A DNA stretch of 64,000 nt from Akkermansia muciniphila (GTDB taxonomy: Bacteria; Verrucomicrobiota; Verrucomicrobiia; Limisphaerales; UBA1100). Position numbers and translations under genes: made by a program. Under the pieces are notes generated by a model that did no database searches, was not told the DNA's origin, and saw nothing but the letters and a program-made list of their open reading frames with translations. The DNA lies in the NCBI GenBank assembly GCA_945903605.1, contig CAMDOH010000001.1, positions 46,301 to 110,300 of the forward strand, given 5' to 3'. Shown here piece by piece: positions 56,729 through 64,000 of this stretch. Each line of letters starts with the position of its first letter. Within the stretch, counting starts at the first letter, position 1.

Positions 56729-56762
56729 GCCTGCGGCTCCAGAAAAATACCGCGAGCATAAA

Positions 56763-58628
56763 ATGAGCAAAATCAAGACAATCAAAAAGCGAAAGACGGT
56801 TTCGGCCAAAGCCGGACTTGGCCGCCCCATGTTGGGTAGTGAGATCCTTGTTGAAGCGCTCGAGCGCGAAGGGGTGGAGGTCATCTTCGCCTATCCCGGC
56901 GGGGCGAGTATGGAATTGCACCAAGCGCTTACGAAGTCGAAACAGATCCGTGTGATCTTGCCTCGTCACGAACAAGGCGGATCCTTCGCAGCCGAAGGTT
57001 ATGCGCGTGCGACAGGCAAAGCTGGAGTTTGTATGGCCACAAGCGGACCGGGTGCGACGAATCTGGTCACTGCCATCGCTGATGCTTACATGGATTCGGT
57101 CCCGCTGATCGCTGTCACGGGTCAAGTTCCGCAGGCGATGATTGGCAAGGGCGGTTTTCAGGAGACGGATTTTTTCGGGATGACGCTTCCCGTCGTGAAG
57201 CACAGCTATTTGATCACCGACACGAATGATATTCCGCGCATTGTGAAGGAGGCGTTTTTCGTGGCGCAATCCGGGCGGCCGGGACCGGTGGTGATTGATT
57301 TCCCAAAAAATCTACAACAGCAGCGAGTGCAGCCGGTCTGGACGAATGAAATCAAACTGCGCGGTTATGAATCATCGCCCAAGGCGGATGATGTGGCGCT
57401 CAATGAGATTATCGGTTTGATCGAGAAAGCCGAACGCCCAGTGTTGTATGTGGGCGGCGGAATTATCACTGCCAATGCCTCGGATGAATTGCGCCGCTTT
57501 GCCAAGGCAACGCAAATTCCGGTGACGACCACGCTGATGGGCATTGGCTCGTTTCCCGAGACGCATCCGCTCTCGTTGCGCTGGCTGGGGATGCACGGCA
57601 CGGCCTACGCGAATTGGGCGGTGAGCGGCGAGTACAAGCACCGTGCCAATACGAATGACCCGATTGAGAAAGTGGCCGATGGCGCGGATCTCTTGCTGGC
57701 TTTCGGCGTTCGATTTGATGACCGAGTCACTGGCAAGGTCGAAAAGTTTTGCGAGACAGGCACGATTGTTCACATCGACATCGATCCTTCGGAGCACAAC
57801 AAGAACCGATTCGTTCAGCTTCCGATCATCAGCGACATCAAGTACGCGTTGAACCGACTGAACGGAATGATTGCCAAGCGGCCGATTGCGAAAAAGTTTT
57901 CCACTTGGCACGCGCAAATCGCCAAGTGGAAAGCGAAAGCTCCGCTTCGATATTCAGTGAGTGAAGAGGCGAGTCGATCACAACACATCACAGAACACAT
58001 GGTCGGGAAAGAGAACGAGGTGATCCTGCCACAGATGGTCATCGAGATGCTCTACGAATTGACCCAGGGCGAGGCCATCATCACCACGGGCGTCGGCCAG
58101 CATCAGATGTGGGCTGGTCAATGGTACAAATTTAGTCACCCGCGCCAATTCATCACGAGTGCGGGACTCGGCGCGATGGGCTTCGGTTATCCTTCCGCAC
58201 TGGGAATCAAAGTCGCGCATCCTGATAAAGAGGTGATCGACATTGACGGCGACGGTTCATTCCTGATGAACGTGCAGGAATTGGCGACGGCGCACATCGA
58301 GAAGATTGCCGCCAAGGCCATCATCTTAAACAACCAGCACCTCGGCATGGTTGTGCAGTGGGAAGACCGTTTCTATGCGGGCAACCGTGGTCACACCTAC
58401 CTTGGTGATCCGGAAAATATGAAACAGATTTATCCGGACTACGTTGCCATGTCGAAATCGTTCGGAGTGAAAAGTGAGCGCGTTTTCTTCCGGAAGGATC
58501 TTCGCGCCGCGCTCCAACGGATGCTTGATACGAACGAGCCGTACGTGCTCGATGTCGTTACACCCTACACCGAGCATGTGCTGCCGTTCATTCCAGCAGG
58601 GCGAACTGTGGCGGACATCATTTATTGA
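56763..58628 (+). CDS. ilvB: acetolactate synthase (acetohydroxyacid synthase) large subunit
   Basis: [48 protein letters not shown], and the ThDP motif [17 protein letters not shown] 56829 is an alternative start. Confidence 0.95.
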   Translation: MSKIKTIKKRKTVSAKAGLGRPMLGSEILVEALEREGVEVIFAYPGGASMELHQALTKSKQIRVILPRHEQGGSFAAEGYARATGKAGVCMATSGPGATNLVTAIADAYMDSVPLIAVTGQVPQAMIGKGGFQETDFFGMTLPVVKHSYLITDTNDIPRIVKEAFFVAQSGRPGPVVIDFPKNLQQQRVQPVWTNEIKLRGYESSPKADDVALNEIIGLIEKAERPVLYVGGGIITANASDELRRFAKATQIPVTTTLMGIGSFPETHPLSLRWLGMHGTAYANWAVSGEYKHRANTNDPIEKVADGADLLLAFGVRFDDRVTGKVEKFCETGTIVHIDIDPSEHNKNRFVQLPIISDIKYALNRLNGMIAKRPIAKKFSTWHAQIAKWKAKAPLRYSVSEEASRSQHITEHMVGKENEVILPQMVIEMLYELTQGEAIITTGVGQHQMWAGQWYKFSHPRQFITSAGLGAMGFGYPSALGIKVAHPDKEVIDIDGDGSFLMNVQELATAHIEKIAAKAIILNNQHLGMVVQWEDRFYAGNRGHTYLGDPENMKQIYPDYVAMSKSFGVKSERVFFRKDLRAALQRMLDTNEPYVLDVVTPYTEHVLPFIPAGRTVADIIY

Positions 58629-58644
58629 TGCGGTCTGAAATCAC

Positions 58645-59703
58645 ATGGCAATGACCTTCAAAAGAAAGGTGAGTTGGCCGTGGGTTCTTTTCAGTGTCAT
58701 TGCGTGCTTCAATTCAATCGCCAGTGATCCTCTGTCATTCCACGAATTTCCAGTTGGCGATGTATCGAAAAGTTTTCGCAGCACTGTGAGCGGCTCCGGA
58801 AAACCCGGCTCATGGAAGATCGCTGAGACGGAAGTGCCGCCGATCAAAGGCGAGGGGCTTGCCTCGAAAAAGCGCGTACTGGTTCACGAAGGAGCCGATC
58901 CGACGGAAGATCATTACGCGATGTTGTTGCTGGATGGAGATCGATTCCGTAGTTGCACATTTGCGGCGAGATTCAGGGTGGTGGATGGAAAATCCGTACA
59001 GGCTGCCGGGATTATTTTCCGAGCTGTCAATGACAAGAACTATTATTTGTTCGCGTTGAAGCCGAAGGAAAAGAGTCTCTACTTTTCAATTTTCCTCGAT
59101 GGAAAGTTTGGTTTTAGTGAGCGGATTCCCATCGAGTTGAAGCCCGACGGCTGGGTTCATCTGTCGGTTCGTTGTGAGAAAGACCGGTTCTATCCGAGCA
59201 TCAATGGACGCGACGCCCATCCCATTTTTCGCACCGGTGAAACCGCAGAGAAATATGCGCGCGGCCAGATTGGTTTTTGGGCCAGATCCGATTCAACCAC
59301 TCAGTTCACAGATGTGTCGGTGACGCCCATTCTGGCACCTGTTCAAGAGGCAGTCGTAAGTCAGATGGAAACGGACAAACGTCTTTCCTCACTTCGTGTC
59401 GCTTCGGTGCGCGACGGCAAGCCGATTTACGTCGCCAGTCATTTGCCGCAGGAGATCGGGACGGCTGCACCGGCGGATCTTTTGGAGTCCATCCGCGAAG
59501 GGAAAACTTATTTCAGCAAGGGCAAGGAGGACGTGACAGTGACCACTCCGTTGAAAGATAAAGACGGCGAGATCATCGGTGCGGCCGCTGTGACATTCAA
59601 ATCGAGCGTCGCGCTGACTCGTGAAATCGCTGTGGGTCGGAGTACGGGTGTGGTGAAAAAAATCGAAGCACGCACACGTCAGCGCGAGGATTTGTTCGAC
59701 TAA
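58645..59703 (+). CDS. secreted hypothetical protein with a LamG/DUF1080-like jelly-roll domain and an uncharacterised C-terminal domain
   Basis: Signal peptide. FRVVDGKSVQAAGIIFRAVNDKNYYLFAL...WVHLSVRCE...GQIGFWARSDSTTQFTDVSV resembles concanavalin-like/DUF1080 domains. Confidence 0.6.
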   Translation: MAMTFKRKVSWPWVLFSVIACFNSIASDPLSFHEFPVGDVSKSFRSTVSGSGKPGSWKIAETEVPPIKGEGLASKKRVLVHEGADPTEDHYAMLLLDGDRFRSCTFAARFRVVDGKSVQAAGIIFRAVNDKNYYLFALKPKEKSLYFSIFLDGKFGFSERIPIELKPDGWVHLSVRCEKDRFYPSINGRDAHPIFRTGETAEKYARGQIGFWARSDSTTQFTDVSVTPILAPVQEAVVSQMETDKRLSSLRVASVRDGKPIYVASHLPQEIGTAAPADLLESIREGKTYFSKGKEDVTVTTPLKDKDGEIIGAAAVTFKSSVALTREIAVGRSTGVVKKIEARTRQREDLFD

Positions 59704-59704
59704 T

Positions 59705-60577
59705 TCAGCGGTCGCTCCGGCGTGGCAGCGGGAGTGGGGCGCGGGGCGGCAGAGCAGGGAAATCATCCGGCGTAGGTTTTCTCACGCCGTTTTTCACAAT
59801 CGTGCGGCCATTTTCGTCAAGCCCGAGAGTAGGCTTCTTCTGCGTGTATTCGTAAATGTGTCGCTGGATCATCTGGCCGTCCGGTGAGGCCAGACAATAG
59901 GTGAAGTAACGTGAGCCGGTTTGGAACAGCGCATGGAAACGCCCGTGCTGATCGGCCTGATACTCGGGCTTGCTCAGAGAAATAAGCACACCCAGCGGAA
60001 GGACATTGTAGATCTTTAACCCGTCATCAGAAATCACGCGCAGATAGAGTCGTGCCTCGCGCGTATCGCGGACTTTTTGCAGGATGTATTTTCTGCCTTC
60101 AGGAATTCCTGATGGCTGCCTGCTCGCCACGCCAAATGGAATTTCGGCCATGTTGACGCCGCGCACGATGTCGAACCGTTTGACTGTGCCTGTAAAAGTC
60201 TCACCCCATTGTTTGACTCGCACAGCAGTCGAGACCGTAAAAGTGCCCGGAGTTCCCAAATCAAAATGGGGTGACAGGTCAAACCAGCGCGTGATTTGAG
60301 ATGCATTGGCGAGGACAAAGATTTCGCCCGGAGCTGGGTCGCCGGTTTTGCCGAGCGGCAACTTGTCCGATCCCATGATCGAGAATTGCGCCCAGGCCCC
60401 ATCATCGCCAAAAATCACAGGTTGCCCAGAGCGGTTTGAAATCTTCACGCCCACTCGCAACGCTTCATTGGGTAAATAAATGTCTTGGTTGGTTATCAGC
60501 TCTACTGAGATTTGCTGGGCAAAGAGAACTCCAGCTGTTGCCAGCCAGACTGCCAAGAAATACACCGTGCCTCCCAT
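59705..60577 (-). CDS. secreted hypothetical protein
   Basis: 290-aa ORF with an N-terminal hydrophobic signal (VYFLAVWLATAGVLFAQQ) and a Pro/Arg-rich C-terminal tail. No family recognised. Confidence 0.55.
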   Translation of the reverse strand: MGGTVYFLAVWLATAGVLFAQQISVELITNQDIYLPNEALRVGVKISNRSGQPVIFGDDGAWAQFSIMGSDKLPLGKTGDPAPGEIFVLANASQITRWFDLSPHFDLGTPGTFTVSTAVRVKQWGETFTGTVKRFDIVRGVNMAEIPFGVASRQPSGIPEGRKYILQKVRDTREARLYLRVISDDGLKIYNVLPLGVLISLSKPEYQADQHGRFHALFQTGSRYFTYCLASPDGQMIQRHIYEYTQKKPTLGLDENGRTIVKNGVRKPTPDDFPALPPRAPLPLPRRSDR

Positions 60578-60633
60578 GTCGCGAGAGTAGCGCGGAGCAA
60601 CTTCATCGCAACGTCAACTTATCGCCAGCCTGT

Positions 60634-61677
60634 TTATACTGCGGCCATGCGTCGCCAGACCGTTTCGGCGACTTGCTCCGGCGTGATGAGGCGCAGGCAT
60701 TCCAGCTGCCGCACATTCTTGCAAACTCGCTTCATGCACGGCGAACATGGCAACGCGACTTTGACCACTTGGGAAGATTGTCCATACGGCCCGGTTTTAT
60801 TTGGGTTGGTTGCGCCAAAGAGCGCCACCACCGGTTTTTTCAATGCGGCGGCGATGTGCATCGTGCCCGTGTCATTGGTCAAAAGGATTTCGCTGTGCCG
60901 GATCCACTCCACCAATTCGGGCAGGCTGGTTCTCTGAGTCAAATCCAAACATCGCTGGGGATTGACGGATGCGAGCGCGGCTCCAATGGGCGCATCAGAT
61001 TTGTCGCCAAAAATTGCGACACTGAGATGGGCGTCCTTTTTCAGTAGCAGTTCGATTGCTCGCTTAAAATAATCTGGTGGCCAACGCTTCGTATCCCAAC
61101 GCGCTCCTGGCGCAATCGCCACCCATTTGCCACCATTCGCAGGCCACTTCAATTTGAATTGGCTCGCCCAATCCGGTCGCGCTGGCAACCAGTCAAATTC
61201 ACACGCCTGCGGAATCTTCAATGTTCGGAGAGCGCCCAGATACCAATCCACAGCGTGTTCATCCGGCGCACGATCCACCAACAGGTCGCACACGGCACTT
61301 GCGCCTTCGCGTCGAGTGTTCATCCCGACGGTCAATTTGCCTCGTGCCAGCCAGGCCATGATCGCGCTTCGAGCCAATCCTTGAAGATCCAGTACCCAAT
61401 CGAATTGTTCATTTCGCAATCGTCGGGCAGTTTGAAAGAGGTGGATCCAACCTCGGATGGAGTTGAATTCATTTCGTTTGAACAAGTGCAACATGGCGAT
61501 GTCTCGATCGCCCTCCAACAGCGGAGCGAAGCTTTGTGAAATCCACCAGTGGATCTGCGATTCGGGAAACTGCTTCTTGAGCAAGCGCAAGACGGGCAGC
61601 GCATGAAGCACATCGCCGAGCGAGCTGGGTTTTAGGATGAGGATTTTCCCCGGCTTGGACGTGCAAGGGCCGTCCAT
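60634..61677 (-). CDS. glycosyltransferase family 9 (ADP-heptose:LPS heptosyltransferase-like)
   Basis: ILILKPSSLGDVLHALPVLRLLKKQFP and NDTGTMHIAAALKKPVVALFGATNP. Confidence 0.85.
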   Translation of the reverse strand: MDGPCTSKPGKILILKPSSLGDVLHALPVLRLLKKQFPESQIHWWISQSFAPLLEGDRDIAMLHLFKRNEFNSIRGWIHLFQTARRLRNEQFDWVLDLQGLARSAIMAWLARGKLTVGMNTRREGASAVCDLLVDRAPDEHAVDWYLGALRTLKIPQACEFDWLPARPDWASQFKLKWPANGGKWVAIAPGARWDTKRWPPDYFKRAIELLLKKDAHLSVAIFGDKSDAPIGAALASVNPQRCLDLTQRTSLPELVEWIRHSEILLTNDTGTMHIAAALKKPVVALFGATNPNKTGPYGQSSQVVKVALPCSPCMKRVCKNVRQLECLRLITPEQVAETVWRRMAAV

Positions 61678-61680
61678 TTT

Positions 61681-62406
61681 TCAGCGCCCGAGAGCGAGTC
61701 GTTCGGCAAGTCGATCGGGCAATCCAGCAGCGCGAATCTTCGCTTGCGCACTCTCGATGTCGTATTCAACTCGCTGCAGGTCGATTCGTTTTTCTGTGTC
61801 GTCGTAAATCACGTAGGCCGCACGTGGGTCGCTATCGCGTGGCTGTCCCACGCTGCCGACATTGATGAAATACTTTTTTCCTTGTTCCACTTGAACACAG
61901 TTGTAGGTGCCGCCGTGCACTTTGCCACCTTCGGACATGAAGGCCAGCGGCACATGCGTGTGCCCATGAAAACAAATCGGTGTGGACTGATAAGTGAAGC
62001 TGGCCGCCGCCGCCATTTTGTCCTGCACATAACCCCATTGGCGCGGGCCGTCCATCGTGGCGTGAACGATGGTGAAACTATCCACCAATCGCACATAACG
62101 AAGGGCAGCCAACCATTGCCGATCCTCGGGTGTTAATTGCTGGCGAGTCCATTCCACAGCCTCGGCTGCTACTGGATTGAATGAAGAAAGATCGATGTCT
62201 TTTGCGCTGTACTCGTCGTGGTTGCCGAGGATGCACGGCATTTCCATCTCGCGAATCTTGGCGACACATTCCGCTGGGTTTGCGTTGTAGCCCACGACAT
62301 CTCCCAGACAAACAAATTGCTCACAGCCTTCAGTTCGCGCGTGGGCGAGCACCGATTCGAGTGCGTCAATATTGGCGTGGATGTCTGAAAGGATGGCGTA
62401 CTTCAT
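61681..62406 (-). CDS. metallophosphoesterase-family protein (YfcE/MJ0936-like)
   Basis: ILSDIHAN, LGDVVGY, GNHD, and GHTH motifs. Confidence 0.85.
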   Translation of the reverse strand: MKYAILSDIHANIDALESVLAHARTEGCEQFVCLGDVVGYNANPAECVAKIREMEMPCILGNHDEYSAKDIDLSSFNPVAAEAVEWTRQQLTPEDRQWLAALRYVRLVDSFTIVHATMDGPRQWGYVQDKMAAAASFTYQSTPICFHGHTHVPLAFMSEGGKVHGGTYNCVQVEQGKKYFINVGSVGQPRDSDPRAAYVIYDDTEKRIDLQRVEYDIESAQAKIRAAGLPDRLAERLALGR

Positions 62407-62415
62407 CTCTAGGCG

Positions 62416-62703
62416 TCAGTGAATGATGGCAAACCCGCGAAACTCGCCGCTGGCTGTTTCCCAATTTGCCTTTTCCTGTTTGATCAAGCGGCGCAATCCT
62501 GCCTCGGGAATCGCCGCTTGAAAAGCCTCTAATTCTTCGCGTACACCTTCAGCTAGCAGCTCGACTCGCCCATCCTCCAGATTGCGCACCCAGCCCGTCA
62601 CATCATAGCCGGTGGCAACGGTCTTCACTGCGTGTCGAAAGCCAACCCCCTGCACGCGGCCAGCGTACTCGATGCGAATCCTCACTCGCGCTGGTTCAGG
62701 CAT
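62416..62703 (-). CDS. acyP: acylphosphatase
   Basis: GRVQGVGFRHAV...GWVRNLEDGRVE. ATG at 62703. Confidence 0.85.
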   Translation of the reverse strand: MPEPARVRIRIEYAGRVQGVGFRHAVKTVATGYDVTGWVRNLEDGRVELLAEGVREELEAFQAAIPEAGLRRLIKQEKANWETASGEFRGFAIIH

Positions 62704-62953
62704 TTTTCTTCGGGGCGTGCACTTCGTATTCGCCCTTGCTGACACGCTTCAAAACCGTGAAACCCGTGTCATTCGCCTTGGAGATGGAGATGCCGATTTG
62801 GGGCGAGCTGAAAGTCGAAAACAATTTCCGGACAGGTTTCTGGCACGAGGGACACGCTGCGAGTGCCGGTGCCGATGCCGATCGTTGGATGGCAAACTTC
62901 CCGCCGCACTTGCTGCAATCTCCCGAGCACAATTCGTATTCGTAAATTGGCAT
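62696..62953 (-). CDS. FmdB-family zinc-ribbon protein (CxxC_CxxC_SSSS)
   Basis: MPIYEYELCSGDCSKCGGKF...CPSCQKPVRKL. Confidence 0.8.
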   Translation of the reverse strand: MPIYEYELCSGDCSKCGGKFAIQRSASAPALAACPSCQKPVRKLFSTFSSPQIGISISKANDTGFTVLKRVSKGEYEVHAPKKNA

Positions 62954-63053
62954 ATCAACCCTTGCATTGAATCTGTCGGTAAAGGGAACAGCCCGTCAAG
63001 CCTCACCGCCATTTCAAATTCCATTGTCTCGCGTCCTGTTGTAATCTGCACCC

Positions 63054-63524
63054 ATGTCGATTGTCCGGATTCTGGTCGATGGCTACAGCCTGCTCCATGC
63101 GTGGCCGGAGCTTGCCGAGGGACAAGCCCGCCATTCCGCCGTCGCTCGTGAGGCGCTTGTCCGCTACTTGCAGCAATACCAAGATTCCTCATCCACCCCC
63201 GTCACCGTCTTTTTTGATGGTGCCAGCAATCCCGTCAAAACCACAGCAACCTCTGCTGCGAACAATGTCGAGATCATCTATTCCAAAACAGGACAGACAG
63301 CGGATGACCTCATCGAACGCACCACACACAGGATTCTGCCATTTGGCGAGCCATTGGTCGTCACCGATGATTTTGCAGAGCGCGACACCGTCATCAACCT
63401 TGGCGGTTCCGTGATGCGCTGCTCCGAATTCATCAAGGAACTTGGCCATAGCCAGGAAGATCTCCAGCGCAACATTGAAGATCACAACCGACGCGAACGC
63501 GCCCGATACAAAAAACCGCGTTGA
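63054..63524 (+). CDS. NYN-domain (YacP/Rae1-like) predicted ribonuclease
   Basis: ILVDGYSLLHAW...VTVFFDG...IIYSKTGQTADDLIE...VVTDD. Confidence 0.8.
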   Translation: MSIVRILVDGYSLLHAWPELAEGQARHSAVAREALVRYLQQYQDSSSTPVTVFFDGASNPVKTTATSAANNVEIIYSKTGQTADDLIERTTHRILPFGEPLVVTDDFAERDTVINLGGSVMRCSEFIKELGHSQEDLQRNIEDHNRRERARYKKPR

Positions 63525-63539
63525 TCATTTCATGGCCGG

Positions 63540-64000
63540 TCAACCCACCCGCAGCCAAAGCGTTTTCAAATGCGCTGGTTCTTCCCTGCTGATGGGGAAA
63601 TCCGGCGGTTGTGGCACATAAAGTTGCTGGATCACTTTTCGCCCGGCACGGTTGATGGCATCGGTCACCATCTCAACAAATGATTCCGGTCGCAAAGTCG
63701 CCGCATTTGTCGAGGCCAACAGCACGCCGCCTTTCCGCAGCAACGGCAATGAGGTCGTCACAAGTCTGCCAAAATCTTTTTCAGCTCGGAACACTCCACT
63801 CTCCTTCGATTGCGAAAAAGTCGGCGGATCCAACACGACAACGTCGAATTCGCGCTGCTTCTTTGCCAGTCGCCGCAGCCAGTCAAATGTGTCGCCGTAA
63901 ATGAAATCATGCGTGGCGAGATCCAAATTGTTCAGACCAAAATTCCGTCGGCCCCAATCCAAATATTTCTTGGAAAGGTCGAGGCTGGTCGTGCTCGCCC
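63540..64000 (-). CDS. class I SAM-dependent rRNA methyltransferase (RlmI/YwbD-like), C-terminal part; gene continues past the right edge
   Basis: FDVVVLDPPTFSQSK...LRKGGVLLASTN. The frame stays open upstream of the track TTG (63962) through ...ASTTSLDLSKKYL to position 64000. Confidence 0.75.
   Translation of the reverse strand, partial: ASTTSLDLSKKYLDWGRRNFGLNNLDLATHDFIYGDTFDWLRRLAKKQREFDVVVLDPPTFSQSKESGVFRAEKDFGRLVTTSLPLLRKGGVLLASTNAATLRPESFVEMVTDAINRAGRKVIQQLYVPQPPDFPISREEPAHLKTLWLRVG

Noticed and set aside
56415-57269. 284-aa minus-strand ORF spanning the ilvB 5' end and leader region.
   Set aside because: It lies antisense to ilvB and to the attenuator. It is Arg-rich with no motifs, and accepting it would erase a coherent leader, terminator and ilvB arrangement.
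63019-63056. A TAATCT box ending 6 nt before the NYN-gene ATG, suggesting a leaderless mRNA.
   Set aside because: The corresponding -35 position (TTCCAT) is poor, and a single hexamer match is weak evidence. It would need TSS mapping.

Overview
This window looks like a densely packed core-chromosome segment with about 70 protein genes and 2 tRNAs. It appears moderately GC-rich, judged by eye and not computed. Many genes are joined by 1-4 nt overlaps (ATGA/GTGA), which suggests translational coupling. The content is mostly housekeeping and central metabolism: rpsP-KH-trmD-rplS, rnhB, nadE, hemL, ruvX-truA-trmL, glnS, hisS, miaB, prfB, lnt, trpC, bioF-bioA, ilvB, thiD and polX. A Tat-signal DUF1501 protein, GYF_2-domain membrane proteins, two GT9 heptosyltransferases and Lnt suggest a diderm of a PVC-like (Verrucomicrobiota/Planctomycetota) lineage; this is inference only. 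I found no transposase, integrase, phage gene, CRISPR array, or recognisable defence or toxin-antitoxin system, and nothing I can defend as a wholly new multi-gene system. The most interesting items are: (1) a clear SAM-I riboswitch plus terminator in front of a threonine-synthase-like gene, a CysO/MoaD-like carrier ending in Gly-Gly, and a stand-alone NIL-domain gene, which together suggest sulfur-carrier-dependent homocysteine synthesis; (2) a Leu/Val-rich leader ORF plus terminator upstream of ilvB, which looks like a peptide-mediated attenuator; (3) the canonical +1 frameshift site in prfB, which the ORF track splits into two ORFs; (4) a tandem pair of GYF_2 / zinc-ribbon / polytopic-membrane paralogues of unknown function. 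Several long ORFs in the track are antisense or out-of-frame shadows of real genes and were rejected. All family assignments rest on reading motifs in the translations; no database search was possible.
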